Source of the DNA: Laetmonice hystrix
Taxonomy: Eukaryota
Direction of reading: 5' to 3'
DNA length: 64,000 nucleotides
NCBI GenBank assembly: GCA_965235115.1
Contig: OZ249440.1
Coordinates: 34,784,001 to 34,848,000, forward strand
Within the stretch, counting starts at the first letter, position 1, and each line of letters opens with the position of its first letter. The translations under genes and the position numbers were made by a program. The notes beneath the pieces were generated by a model. The model searched no databases, was not told the origin of the DNA, and saw nothing but the letters and a program-made list of their open reading frames with translations. This document shows positions 36,360 through 50,554 of the stretch, piece after piece.

Positions 36360-39224
36360 CTCATTACTTCTGAGCCCAGTGTAGAAGTAGCCTCTGCGGT
36401 GGTGGTTGGCTCCTTGCGAGACTGAGTTTGGCCGCTCGACGATGGGGACAATTGGAACATCTGGGGAGTGTTCATAGACGCTTAGGTTGGCGTGACCGGG
36501 CAGTTGTAGCTGCCAGGCGAAGTGGACAAGCCAGGGCTGCTGTCAGCCGTCAGGGAAGGGGGTGACGGCGTTGGGAAGGAGGTAGGACTCTGGAAGGAAG
36601 TGGAGGCATAGGTGGAGGTACCATACTGCTGCTGCTGTTGCTGCTGAACATGAGGCTGGGGCTGTAGTTGATGTTGGGGCTGCATTTGAGGCTGGGGTTG
36701 CATTTGGGGCTGGCTCAGAGGCTGCTGGTAGGTCATTGGGTAGCTTGAGTGTGAGGTTACTGTGGACGTCCTGCTCCGCTGGAATTGGTGTTGGTAGCTG
36801 CTTGCCGGTGGGGGCATCCTGCTGTAGTCTAGGACCTTTGACCTGTACATAATCTTGAAGGTCACATCACCATAAGATTGTAACAATTGTTACATTTTAA
36901 AGGAATGGTATTTTCTCGAATTTTTCCAGTATCACACTGGTTCTACCTTATCCTAACTGAAGAGAAACATGTAATCTTACCAGATTTGCCCCAAAAGCGA
37001 TCTATTTACTCGTAATTACTGTGAAATTTGATGAGCAAACCTGCACACCTTGATCGGTTCTGAAAAACGCGGCACGCGTTTTTGAGTAGGTTGTTTACAA
37101 TCGTCCACTCACAGAAACATGACGTCATACACAGTTTCGCCTGAGCCAAGCACTGTCCCCCATGGTCCATTGCGCTAGACGAAAACGAGGCTCGCACCTG
37201 TCGGGGGGTGGGAGGGGGGTTTACCAACGACATGCCACTTGCATGAGTTGCGGGCTACAATAACTGAATCAGTGAAGAATCGTCAGAATTATGCTGAGAA
37301 TCAGGATAGATCAAAACGCCGAGTCTACATCGGGGCGGCTTTTAATCGCTGGGTGGATTTATGGGAAGTTCTTGGCTTTCGAGCAGCTTACAGTGCCGGT
37401 GTTCGAAGGCGCTTCGGTGCTGGCCCGCGCGTGTTCCCGGTGCAGGGTGACTGAGCAGGCCGGGCGGTGAGGCCCAGAGATTACAACCGGTGAAACCCTC
37501 TTATGCCGGATTGTCAACAGAAAAAAATTATCAACCTTGGAGGCCCACTCGTCCCCCTCCTGTCTACATAAGGTGAATACGACAGATGGTACAGATATAT
37601 TTCGTTGTATTATAAAATATGACTTATGTCTGGGCGACTTCTGCTGGGTGATCGCTACTTGGCTTGCTGGATGATAAGGACGCCATAAGGTTTGGCTGCG
37701 TCATCAATAACTGCGTAGAAAGTCACGTGAGGGAATTCCCTTCCAGTTCAAATCCAATGGTGATTGAATCATTGCACGTTTTTTCATTCGATTGATCGCG
37801 ATTTTCGGTAGTACTGCAGGTAACATGAAGGAAGTAATATTAGAAAATCGCTAAAATCTTCTTACATTTCACACTATAATATGACTTTAAAAATTGGTAT
37901 TTATGTAAGATTTAATCAAACTTTTGGAAATGGGTAAAATACTAATTACTAATTACAGATTTTTACCTTCTGCATTATGTCATCATCGTTGTCCTCCCCA
38001 GTCCCCTTGAACTTCCTTCTCTTGACTTTTTCCTTGGGCTTGGACTGTGCCTTGGTCTGGTTGGATGTAGATTCTCCACTGCTTGCAGGGGCAGCTGTCT
38101 CCACCGATGCTGGACTGTTAGTTGGTGGCAGGTCCGGCATTCCCAAAATCTCGCTAATGTCCCTTGAGTCCGAGTCACCTCCACCATCCCCCTCATGGTC
38201 TGACCTGACGATTATGGGGGCCTCCTTCACGGTAAACTGTACAAATAAAACAAGACAGCAATATAAGTGGACATGTATAATTGTATAAATAATATCACTA
38301 TAACAATCATTTGTATTGTCACAGTATATCTCATATTAATGTCATCATTCTATTTGCAGGTCCCTGGAAACGGCATCTGCAGATTGTGACACAATCTCCC
38401 CTCAATCACCAATTGTATTACGGATCTACACCTCTATTTCTATTTACGTACAGATCAGTTTGTACAGATCCAGAATAAAGATGATATTGACCTGTCTTTA
38501 CACTGTTAAACTGTCTCCAGTTTTTACTTACAATTTACTGACAATTGCTAGGTATTTACAATGTAAAAAAGAATGCAGTATTCTCGTAATGTGAAATTAC
38601 CTTTGCAGTAGAGCGACTTGGTACTCTCACGATGTGGCCCTCCAGGAAATGAAAAGTTGCCAAGACCCACTTCTCCCTGTGGGTTAGGTCTGCCGCCCCC
38701 TGCCCCGACTTGGTCCTGCTCAACTTCCCATACTGTGAGCGCATGCTCTCCAAAAAATTCATTAGTTGTGCATAAGTACAACCTAAACTGGCCGCCTTCT
38801 CCTTGTGCATCCTTCTCTTACGCGCCGCATCCTTAAACAGTTTGTGCTTCTTATTATACAACAGCTCATTTTCTTTCACCCATTCCGCAATATCATCTTC
38901 CTGCTTTTCAGTGAAGCGGTAGGGCACAACCCGTTTGTTGCGCAATTTCTTGGGAGTTGTGGCGGGAGTTGTGGGTGCAGCCTCAGGTGGTGGAGGGGGT
39001 ACCTGCATCTGCTCATGGGCATCTCCTTCAGCTTGGGCTCCCTGGTCTTGGGCTCCCTGGTCTTGGGCTTGCACTGCTTCTTCTGCAGGGGATGCTTTTG
39101 CTTGCGCTTCCTCCCCTTCATCCTCTGGGCAACATGGTCGTTTCTGTGAGGCCGTTCCTTTCCCCTTCCCCTTGGTAGGCCGACTATGCTGACATTTTCT
39201 TGGCGGCATTCTGATCTGTGTCAT
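36360..39224 (-). CDS. Harbinger Myb/SANT (MADF-like) DNA-binding partner, multi-exon, possibly damaged
   Basis: Exon 39224-38601 (EDDIAEWVKENELLYNK...MRSQYGKL...KSGQG...LTHREKWVLATFHFL), exon 38236-37967, and a Q/P/S-rich segment ~36880-36360. Confidence 0.8.
36901..37886. mobile_element. Possible Kolobok-related insertion within the Myb gene
   Basis: TTAA at both ends; peptide DRSKRRVYIGAAFNRW (37239-37454) resembles a motif I associate with Kolobok-type elements; TIRs match poorly. Confidence 0.35.
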
Positions 39225-40742
39225 AGGGCTTGCCGAGCCAGCTTTTATATATGACCTGACCGCTGCTCGACGTCATCACGTGACGATGCGCAGCTCGTAG
39301 ATTATAGATCTATGTCGTATCACACTCCGCAAGCTCGTGACATGCTCGGCATACTCGTACTGCAATCGTATCATACTCCCGCTTCACTCAGTTAACTCTT
39401 ATCAAACTCTGGAAACTCTTGGTAAACTCGTATCAAAGTCGTACTAAAGTCTTGCCACTCGTACCAAGCTCGTATGTAACTCTTGTTTCACTCGTACTAT
39501 ACTCGTATCTTGGTCCTGATAAAGTCATACTTCACTCAAAGACATCGGCGAGCTGACGCAGTTACAAGTAACCCTTGGCCGCTTGGGAAACTCTTCTACC
39601 ACTCGTATTTTGCTTCTATTACGCTCGTATCAAACTCGGATACCTCGTACTTGACTCCTGTTAAGCTCTTGTAACTCCTATCTCACTCTGGGTAACTCCT
39701 ACTGCACTCGTACCACCTTCTTACCAAACTCGTATAACTCGTACAACTCTGCAATAAAAATTGGGGATACGAGTGAACTAAGACCTACCGGAGTGATGTA
39801 CGAGCTAGCCTAGGTACGAGTTTACTACGAGTATAGCACGAGTGACCCCGAGTATGCCGACCTTAGCTAAGTTTTGGACATGTTCAAAATTTTTTGCGCC
39901 GCCTCCCGGACCTGTCTGAGCCTCAGCGGACTTTGCCGAGTGTACTGCAAGTGTAGTACGAGTAAACAAAGAGTTGTGTACGAGTTTCACGAGTTCCCAA
40001 CTCGGCGAACTCGTACTCCCCTCGTAGTTCAGTGTGAGAGCCGCTTATGTCTCCAGCCTGACCTCTCGTACTCCCATCACAAAAATCTGGAACATGATAC
40101 GGAAACTTAAAGGCAAGGGAGGTGGTACTGGAGTTGAACACTTAAAACATCAAAACACCTTATTAACCACCACAGATGCAATAGCAAACAAACTAGCCGA
40201 AACATTTCAAACAAACTCCTCCTCCAGGAACTGCCTCCCTCAATTCCAAGCCATTCGTGCTCAAAAAGAGAAACAAAAACTAAACTTCCATTCTGACAAC
40301 AGAGAAGAGTACAACCAACTCTTCTCTATTGAAGAACTCAAATGCTCTCTTAAAAAATCACACGACACTGCAGTTGGACCTGACAAAATACATTACCAAT
40401 TTTTAAAACATTTACCTGATCCCACCCTTCTCATCCTTCTTCACATTTTCAACAATATCTGGATATCTGGTAATGTACCTCTTTCCTGGCAAGAAGCAAT
40501 AATCATCCCCATCCCAAAACCAGGAAAAGACCATAGTAAAGCTAACAACTACAGACCAATAGCCTTAACAAGTTGCTTGTGCAAAACCATGGAGAGAATG
40601 ATTAATGATCGCCTTGTCTGGAAGCTGGAGTCTGAGCAGCTCATAACCGAATTTCAGTGTGGCTTCCGGTGAGGGAGAAGTACTCTCGATCATCTCATCA
40701 GGCTCGAGGCATACATCCGAGATGCTTTTATCAACCATGAAC

Positions 40743-43700
40743 TCCCCCAAACAGTAACTTGGCCCACCAGGATCTTGATGATTTAGTGGGTCAACTGCCA
40801 ACTCCGTATCTCCTTTTGGGAGATTTTAATGGCCACAATCCCTTATGGGGTGGCACCACAACTGATGGCAAGGGCAAGAGGATTGAAGAGTTCATTGATA
40901 ATCATGCTCTATGCATTTTTAATGATGGTTCAAACACATACCTACATCCTGGTCATGGCACCTATACAGCCATTGACCTTGCAATAGCCAAACCAGATCT
41001 GCTGCTGGATTTCTCCTGGAGGGTCTTGGACGACCTTTGCGGGAGTGATCACTTTCCCACCATCCTTACATATGAAGGACCCAGTATAGGGCAAAAACAA
41101 CAAAGGTGGCAACTTAAGAAAGCCGACTGGCACTCCTTCCAGGCCCTCTGTCGGGAGGAATTCAGAGCAGACAACATTAACGATCCTGAAGCAATGGATG
41201 ATTTTACCTCGCTTTTAATCTCCATTGCAGACAGGACGGTTCCTAAAACCTCGACAATTCCTAAACATGTCTCAAATCCATGGTTTAATGATGACTGCAA
41301 ACAGGCAATTAAAGACCGGAAGAAAGCAGAACGCCTTTTTAACAGGCAACCAACTGCAGTGAACCTTACCAACTTTAAAATCATGAGAGCAAGGGCACGC
41401 CGTATCTGTAAAGAGAGACGGAGGCAGAGCTGGAGAGACTATGTCTCCAGCCTGACCTCTCGTACTCCTATCACAAAAATCTGGAACATGATACGGAAAC
41501 TTAAAGGCAAGGGAGGTGGTACTGGAGTTCAACACTTAAAACATCAAAACACCTTATTAACCACCACAGATGCAATAGCAAACAAGCTAGCCGAAACATT
41601 TCAAACAAACTCCTCCTCCAGGAACTGCCTCCCTCCATTCCAAGCCATTCGTGCTCAAAAAGAGAAACAAAAACTAAACTTCCATTCTGACAACAGAGAA
41701 GAGTACAACCAACTCTTCTCTATTGAAGAACTCAAATGCTCTCTTAAAAAATCACACGACACTGCAGTTGGACCTGACAGAATACATTACCAATTTTTAA
41801 AACATTTACCTGATACCACCCTTCTCATACTTCTTCACATTTTCAACAATATCTGGATAACTGGTAATATACCCCGTTCCTGGCAAGAAGCAATAATCAT
41901 CCCCATCCCAAAACCAGGAAAAGACCATAGTGAAGTTAACAATTACAGACCAATAGCCTTAACAAGTTGCCTGTGCAAAACCATGGAGAGAATGATTAAT
42001 GATCGCCTCGTCTGGAAGCTGGAGTCTGAGCAGCTCATAACCGAGTTTCAGTGTGGCTTCCGGCGAGGGAGAAGTACTCTTGATCATCTAATCAGACTCG
42101 AGACATACATCCGAGATGCTTTTATCAACCGTGAACATGTTGTTGCCGTATTTTTCGACCTTGAAAAGGCATACGACACAACATGGAAGTACGGCATTTT
42201 AAAAGATTTACATGATATGGGTTTTAGGGGGCGTTTGCCCCTTTTCATATCTCAGTTTTTATCCAACAGACATTTTCAAGTCAGAGTAGGCACGACCCTG
42301 TCTGACTTGCACGACCAAGAATTAGGTGTGCCTCAGGGAAGCATTTTGTCCGTTACCCTTTTTAGTATTAAGATCAACAGCATTGTTAACTCGGTTAAAA
42401 CTGGCATGCCCTGCAGCCTGTTTGTCGATGACTTTGACGTCTGCTGCAGAGGCAAAAACATGAATGCCATTGAGAGGCAGCTCCAACTCTGTCTCAACAG
42501 AATCCACACTTGGTCGGTGGAAAATGGTTTTAAGTTTTCAAAGTCTAAAACGGTCTGCATGCATTTCTGCAAACTGCGTGCTTTCCACCTTGACCCTGAG
42601 TTGACAATGGATGGAGATCCTATCAAGGTCGTTAAGGAGACAAAGTTTCTGGGACTCACTTTTGACAGCAAGCTGTCTTTTGTCCCTCACATTAAATCAC
42701 TGAAATCCAGATGCCTTAAGGCTCTGGATGTTCTCAAGGTTTTATCTGGCACAAACTGGGGGGCAGACAGTACAGTCCTTTTACAACTGTACAGAGCTTT
42801 AATCCGGTCGAAGCTCGATTACGGTAGCATAGTTTATGGTTCTGCTTGTAAGTCTTACATTCGGCTTTTGGACACGGTTCACCACCAGGGTTTGCGGCTT
42901 TCACTTGGGGCTTTTAGAACGTCTCCTGTTCAGAGCCTCTATGTGGAGGCCCGAGAGCCATCGCTTGACAACAGGCGTCTGAAGCTGGCTCTGCAGTATG
43001 CAGTCAAGCTCGGGACAAACAGTTCAAATCCAGCTTACAATTGCGTTTTTCACCCTCAGTTCCAACATTTATATGAAAGAAAGGAAACGTACATACGTCC
43101 TTTTGGACTGAGGGTGAAACCTCATCTAGAGGAACTGGATATTGATCTGCACGTCCTGGGGCAGACACATTTTTGCAACATTCCTCCTTGGGACCTGGAA
43201 AAGCCTGACGTCATTCTTCAGTTGGCTCAACTGAAGAAGTCAGAGACTCATCCCCTGACATATTTTGAACATTTTCTTGACGTCCAGGCAAGGTATCCCT
43301 CACATTATGCCTTCTATACAGATGGCTCAAAGGATGGCAGTGATGTGTCTGCGGCTGCAGTTCATGGCAAGCACAACTTCGGCACCCGCATCTCGGGGCA
43401 AAGTTCCATCTTCTCAGCAGAGGCCCGGGCCCTGCTTCTTGCCCTTGAAAATATTGAAGTTTCTAGTGAAAAGGGTTTTCTCATTTTCTCGGATTCCTTA
43501 TCCTGTCTGCAAGCACTTGCTAACTTGAACACAGATCACCCAGTGATCGTTCAAATCTTGTCCAAGTTGGCATTGCTTGCCAATGCAAACTTTGATATTC
43601 ACTTTTGCTGGGTGCCTGGTCATGTTGGCATCCCGGGCAATGAGCAAGCTGACAGAACTGCCAAGAGGGCTCTTGAAACAGACGTCGAACTGTGTCCAAT

Positions 43701-44252
43701 CCCTGCCTCTGATCTCAGACCTACCATCTGGGCTTACGTTAGGAACAAATGGCAGGCTGAATGGGATGAACAACCAAACAATAAATTGTATCAGATCAGT
43801 CCCATCGTGAACCAAAGGTACCGTCACGGCCTAACCCAACGTAGGCATGAAATTGTTTTTACTCGATGCAGAGTTGGTCATTCTAGATTAACTCATGTTT
43901 TTTATTGAAGGGGGAGCCGCCTCCAGAGTGTTATGGCTGTCAGTGTCCTTTAACACTGAAGCATCTTTTACTTGAGTGTGGTGATTTTACTCTGATCAGA
44001 CAACGGTTTTATAATGAGACAAGTCTCAAGGACCTTTTTAGCAATGTTAGACCAGGAGTGATTTTAGAGTTTTTGTCAGAGGCCAGACTTCTGACTCTTT
44101 TATAGTTCATGCTCGATGATAGCTAAGGATATTCCCGTTGGGGCCCGGGATAAAATAGGTTCCTTTCATTTCATGGTCTTTTAACCCTGTTTTCGCCGTG
44201 AATATGGCCCCGGATGCCGACACGGCGGAAAATCACCACTACACACACACAC
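40743..44252 (+). mobile_element. 5'-truncated I-group LINE copy nested in the RT of the host copy
   Basis: 13-bp TSD ATCAACCATGAAC (40730-40742, 44253-44265); (AC)n tail. Confidence 0.92.
40759..44105 (+). pseudogene. Near-intact ORF2 (partial APE, RT, RNase H, CCHC) with one frameshift at ~43905
   Basis: 1049-aa ORF plus 66-aa tail (CYGC...HLLLEC). Confidence 0.95.
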
Positions 44253-45613
44253 ATCAACCATGAACATGTTGTTGCCGTCTTTTTCGACCTTGAAAAGGCA
44301 TACGACACAACATGGAAGTACGGCATTTTAAAAGATTTACATGATATGGGTTTTAGGGGGCGTTTGCCCCTTTTCATATCTCAGTTTTTATCTAACAGAC
44401 ATTTTCAAGTCAGAGTAGGCACGACCCTGTCTGACTTGCACGACCAAGAATTAGGTGTGCCTCAGGGAAGCATTTTGTCCGTTACCCTTTTTAGTATTAA
44501 GATCAACAGCATTGTTAACTCGCATGCCCTGCAGCCTGTTCGTCGATGACTTTGACGTCTGCTGCAGAGGCAAAAACATGAATGCCATTGAGAGGCAGCT
44601 CCAACTCTGTCTCAACAGAATCCACACTTGGTTGGTGGAAAATGGCTTTAAATTTTCAAAATCTAAAACGGTCTGCATGCATTTCTGCAAACTGCGTGCT
44701 TTTCACCTTGACCCTGAGTTGACAATGGATGGAGATCCTATCAAGGTTGTTAGAGAGACAAAGTTTCTGGGACTCACTTTTGATAGCAAGCTGTCTTTTA
44801 TCCCTCACATTAAATCACTCAAATCCAGATGCCTTAAGGCTCTGGATGTTCTCAAGGTTTTATCTGGTACAAACTGGGGGGCAGGCAGTACAGTCCTTTT
44901 ACAATTGTACAGAGCTTTAATCCGGTCGAAGCTCGATTACGGAAGCATAATTTATGGTTCTGCTTGTAAGTCTTACATTCGGCTTTTGGACACAGTTCAC
45001 CACCAGGGTTTGCGGCTTTCACTTGGGGCTTTTAGAACGTCCCCTGTTCAGAGCCTCTATGTGGAGGCCCGAGAGCCATCGCTTGACAACAGGCGTCTGA
45101 AGCTGGCTCTGCAGTATGCAGTCAAGCTCGGGACAAACAGTTCAAATCCAGCTTACAATTGCGTTTTTCACCCTCAGTTCCAACATTTATATGAAAGAAA
45201 GGAAACGTACGTCCTTTTGGACCGAGGGTGAAACCTCATCTAGAGGAACTGGATGTTGACCTGAACGTCCTGGGGCAGACACATTTTTGCAACATTCCTC
45301 CTTGGGACCTGGAAAAGCCTGACGTCATTCTTCAGTTGGCTCAACTGAAGAAGTCAGAGACTCATCCACTGACATATTTTGAACATTTTCTTGACGTCCA
45401 GGCAAGGTATCACTGATGGCTCAAAGGATGGCAGTGATGTGTCTGCGGCTGCAGTTCATGGCAAGCACAACTTCGGCACCCGCATCTCAGGGCAAAGTTC
45501 CATCTTCTCGGCAGAGGCCCGGGCCCTGCTTCTTGCCCTTCAAAATATTGAAGTTTCTGACAAAAAGGACTTCCTCATTTTCTCGGATTCCTTATCCTGT
45601 CTGGAAGCACTTG

Positions 45614-48600
45614 CCCAGATAGCATGTCGTTGTCGGGCCGATAACGCGTTTCAGCTACACATTTTGGTCGATACGTCGTTTGTGGGCCGACATAGGCCTG
45701 CTGCCTACCGCTGGCTGTAATGATGCACTGTCAACGTGTGCGGCTCTCTCTCTCGAGTGAAAGTAGAGAACGTCAAAACCTGACCAGCGTAGGCGGGCAA
45801 GCTCTCCAAGTCACCCAGGGGTCCGTCTTAATTACTAACGCAGGTCCCGGGGATGATCCCTTGTAGTAATTTATTTCCATATTTATTTAACATTGGGCAC
45901 TCGAGTGTTGTAAATTATACAGATTGTGTACGTAATTCGGTCGGCAAGTGGGTTCATCCTGTATTCATCCATCAGCCATCATTGTTTACATCATAGACGT
46001 CACAATTACACCATGACTACCAGCAGCACGTGTTTTGCTTGTTGTTACGTCAGAAAGTAGCCCCGGTTCATGTCGACAGAGGTCGGCTTGAGAGTGGCAG
46101 GCAAGGTCATTGATGTGCGCCATTTTGACGGCAAAGCAGCAAACGCGCGAAAAAGGTACGTGGTGAAATGTACATCTGTTATATCAATATCCAACTAAAT
46201 ATTATAGCGTCAAGTACATTACATGTACTAGATCTATAAAAACGTTAGGCGTGATGGATGGTAGGCCCCTAACGTGTGGGGACCGGCATATGGTGCTGCC
46301 GCTACGCGGATGTGTCTGGAATTACAATATGCGTAAATCCAAGGATTGGGTTTATCTTGAGACTAAGGGGTTACTGAGTGATGTGGGCCCTGGCGTGTAA
46401 GGCTGTAGCGTAGGGGACCGCTGAAGCCGTGAAGGGGGACCTCACCCGGTGGTCTGGCTCTCGACGTAGGCAACCACCTGCAAAGTTCCTGACAGTGGGG
46501 GGGGGGGGGGTCCCAGAACCTGAGGTGGGATCCCAAAATCCTAGAAAAAAATCTACTACACGACGTCCTTATATATAGGCTACCTTTTTTAAAAAAAGTT
46601 GGGCCTTACTACTATGTGAAAATGTAATTCAACTGATGTCTGATGTCAACTGACAGAATGTCTGGAGAGGACAAAAGGAGGTCATTTCTCAGTGACAGAA
46701 CATTACATCGACATGCAGTGATGCGTGCTGACCAGATTATGTCCAGTCTACAACATGAATCGTCTAGTGATGATGACACTGATATCATACCAATGGAACA
46801 TGTTGATGAGGCCAGTAGTCCTCCACCTGGAAATGAAGGTGTGATTCACCATGAACACACCTGGGAGAATATTATTGATCATGATCTATATGATTTTTCG
46901 AATGACAGTGATGCAAATATAGATGCAGACAGTGATACTGATGTCAATTGGAGATATCCAAGCAGTAGTGAAGACCTCTCAGACACAGATCCTTCTAGCG
47001 GTGAAGATGATGAATCATTATCAGATAAATTGAGAAGCTGGGTGGTTAATAATAGCAATCTACCCTTGAGTCACGCAAACAGTCTCTTAGCTATCCTGAG
47101 GCCATATTTCCCGTATTTGCCAAAAGACAGCCGAACCCTTCTTAACACTCGCCGATCATATACAATTGATCAGGTAGCTGGAGGGGACTACCATCATTTT
47201 GGTATTGACTTTGGTATCAAATGTAGAATGGAATGTTGCCGTGAACTTCTTACACAGGATAATCTCATTCTTCAAATTAACATAGATGGATTGCCTCTCT
47301 TCAAGAGCAGTACTGAATCTTTTTGGCCGATATTAGGCTTACTACCTCAAGAGGTAAAGCCAGAACCATTTGTTATTGGTCTATGGATTGGACATTCAAA
47401 ACCAAAGGATGCAAATCAATATTTACATAAATTTCTAGATGAAATGAGACAACTACAAGAAGTTGGTTTAAATTTTGATGGCAAACACTTCAGTGTGCGG
47501 ATTTCTAACTTTGTATGTGACACTCGGTGCTTCGTCAAGAAAATAAAAGGTCACACGGGATATTACGGGTGTGATAACTGCACACAGAGGGGTCTTTGGA
47601 TTAATAACTGCATGACCTTTCCGCAAGTTGATGCACCCCCCAGAACAGATATAGAATTCCATGACATGATGTACGATGACCATCAACATGGAGAATCTAT
47701 TTTGTGCTCCTTGGACATTGGACTGATCACATGTTTTCCTTTGGATTACATGCACTTGATCTGCTTGGGGGTGATGAAAAAAAACTTCTGCTTCTTTGGC
47801 TGAATGGACCACTACATGTGAGGGTTGGAAGGAATATGGTCAGTCGTATATCAGACTGTATAATCAGCATGAAGGAATTTCTTCCTCGGGAATTCTTACG
47901 CAAAGGCCGACAATTATCAGAGGTAGAGAGATGGAAAGCTACGGAATTCAGGACATTTCTTTTGTACACTGGTCCCATCATATTGAGAGGAAAATTGTCA
48001 AATTCATTGTATAAACATTTCATGATGCTTTTTGTGGCGGTAACTACTTTGTGTAGTGAAACGCTGTGTGGCCCTTTCTGCACTTATGCAGGTCAGCTAC
48101 TTTCTCCGTTTGTTGAGCATATGACTGAGGCATATGGGGCAGACCAGATTGTGTATAATGTCCATGCTTTAACACATTTGGCAGCCCATGCTCAGCTCTA
48201 TGGAACGTTGCATCGTTTTTCAAGTTTCCCTTTCGAAAACTATCTTCAGACACTGAAAAAACTTGTTAGAAAACCCAAATTGCCACTGCCACAAGTAGTA
48301 CGTCGACTTGCAGAGAAATTGCACACAGCCAAACCGGTGCCAGTTTCTAGAACATTTTGTAAGAAGGTTCATCACATTCATGAATGTACGCAATACAGTG
48401 AACTGCACATGCCAAATTATGTATTGTCAATAACAAAACCAGACAATGCGGTTCTTGTTGGAGATGAAACTTTCATTATAAGGAATGTAATCACATATGA
48501 TAATGTACGAAGGCTGGTGTGCCAACCTTTCATGACCAGAGAAATCTTCTTCGACTACCCGGTTGAATCTAGTAGGCTTGGCATCTGGTCTGTGGCCAAT

Positions 48601-49830
48601 CAAGGAAACCAACTTGTCACCATCGATCCTTCGCAGATTAGAGCCAAAGTGGTGCTGTTACCCATCAGTAGGAAAATGGTGTCTATCCCCCTCCTCTAGA
48701 CTTCGGGACCCAGGAAATTGTAAAACTAAACACATAAGTGGAAGTAAAGTGTATTTATTGAAGCAGCAAAACAGATAAAAATTGTAGATTTAAGGTGCAC
48801 CGGTGTCGTTAGATTAAATTGAATCTACCTAAAACCTAAAAATCCAGCTCATGGGGGTTCAAGCCCTGGGGCCCCTGCCAGAGCCTTTGGACCCCGCTGG
48901 GGGCTGCAGGTCCCCAACCCCCCGGCTCACCAGTTTAACTTTTCATCCTGTGTAGAACACTGAAATATACAATAAATACATAAACGTATAGTACGGTAAC
49001 ATAAACTCTATAGTAAAAAGATCAAATACTGTATTCCTTTAAATGATATGTTACAAATGAACAGTTGAAGTTTATTTTTTGTTTCAAAGTGTTTTACAAT
49101 GAAACATCTGTAAATCGAACTGTTTTTGACATGAGTTCTGTTTTAATTATAGGTTCACGTAGCAACTGTTGTCTCGTATTACAATGATAAAAATCGTCAT
49201 TCTCTAAGTAAGTGCATATAAATAATTATTTTTGATCATAATTTTTTAATAATAGGACTTTGGATAGGTAATTGCCTAAATTTATTGCTTTGTGTTTTGA
49301 GAATGATATTATACAAATTATCTTTTTTTTTGTAATCTGAACAAGGGTAAAAGATATACATAATTTGAAGTAGGGCCTCAAACTTCTATACCATACTGCA
49401 ATAATAACTACAATAAAATTATTAGTAAACTATAAATTACTATTAAAAGAATCTTTGTCTAAGTTGTTTCTATATGTGAGTACTGACATTCATTGATATC
49501 TTCAATAAGTCTGTCACATATCTCATACTATATTTGTCTTTTCAAACTATTTCTGTTTTGTCTTTTTTCATTTCATGATACCATTTTTCAAATTTGTTTG
49601 TATCATACAGGTGGATCATGTCACGATATGGTGTAGTGTTTTTCCAAGCTGAAAATGCTGTTGAGGTTGTCCCACTGGCATGGATTAAAGGTGACAAGTG
49701 TTTCTGGCCCCCAAAGAGTCTGGTCAAAGGAAGTAACTTGGGCAAAGCAGTGGAGGATTGCATACCACCACAATCTGTTAAACAGTATGGGATGTGTGTG
49801 ATTGCGAAGTTTTGAAGAAAACTGGTAAGT
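45614..49830 (+). mobile_element. EnSpm/CACTA (CMC) transposon, left part
   Basis: Terminus CCCAGATAGCA; transposase; start of a second gene (MSRYGVVFFQAENAVEVVPLAWI...CFWPP, ~49618). Right end not found. Confidence 0.75.
46643..48699 (+). pseudogene. EnSpm-type transposase, frameshift in the A run at ~47780
   Basis: LQINIDGLPLFKSS, FWPIL, CD...KGHTGYYGCDNC, PLDYMHLICLG, RWKATEFRTFLLY, YNVHALTHL, SSFPFEN. Confidence 0.9.
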
Positions 49831-49856
49831 TATGTTACATGATGATTATTGGACTG

Positions 49857-50029
49857 CAGGGCTCGAAATACTTTGAAAAATTTGATTAGCAATTGCAACT
49901 GATCATAAGTCGGCACATTAATATATCGTTGATTCGCGAAAAATTGCGACTTGTATGTTAATTTGATTCGCAATGTCAGGCTGATTTTCACTCGCAAATT
50001 GTGATGCGAACCCAGTTATTCGAGCCCTG
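49857..50029. mobile_element. Small MITE, TIR CAGGGCTCGAA, 6-bp TSD
   Basis: GGACTG at 49851-49856 and 50030-50035. Confidence 0.75.
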
Positions 50030-50554
50030 GGACTGACGCTCCACTGGCTAAACCTCGAGATATTTAACATTTGTTCAGTGTATCTCTCAATATCATTTAC
50101 TAATACTGAAAGATTCAAAATAGGTCATAATGGTACTTTCCTGGGTAAACTCTGCCTCTGGGTTTCTCCACTAATAAAACTCACTGCCTCCATGGCTGAT
50201 AAACTGGACCAATCATCAAGTGCCAGCTGACCTATTTACACTGCTTATATTTCGGAACATGTCCAAAACAAGCTTAATTACGTGTCTTTATTACCGAATG
50301 TCATGGAAATCCCCAACATCTGTAAGAAGCTCGACCAATCAGGTGCCAGCTGACCTATTTATGCTGCTTGGATATCGTATATTTTGGAACATGTAACAAC
50401 ATGATGTAAAGCGATGGATTTCATACATGGAAATCATCCCCCCCCACCTGTAAATGGCCAGGGCGCAAGAGCAGCAACCATGTATAAACCATACCTTGCT
50501 GCTAATTCCTCTAAACAGCCATCGATTGATCTGCCTTGCACAGACAAGAAGGTT

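Larger units (their letters stand above)
31335..40044. mobile_element. Two-gene PIF/Harbinger transposon
   Basis: TIR (GCGG)CTCTCACACTGAACTACGAG; right end followed by TTA, left end trimmed by ~9 bp; dense TACGAG/CTCGTA subterminal repeats; convergent transposase and Myb/MADF genes. Confidence 0.9.
30918..45613 (+). mobile_element. I-group LINE ORF2 host copy split into 30918-31334, 40045-40742 and 44253-45613
   Basis: The pieces rejoin into APE-RT-RNase H after removing the Harbinger and the nested LINE; truncated at 45614 by the EnSpm terminus. Confidence 0.85.
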
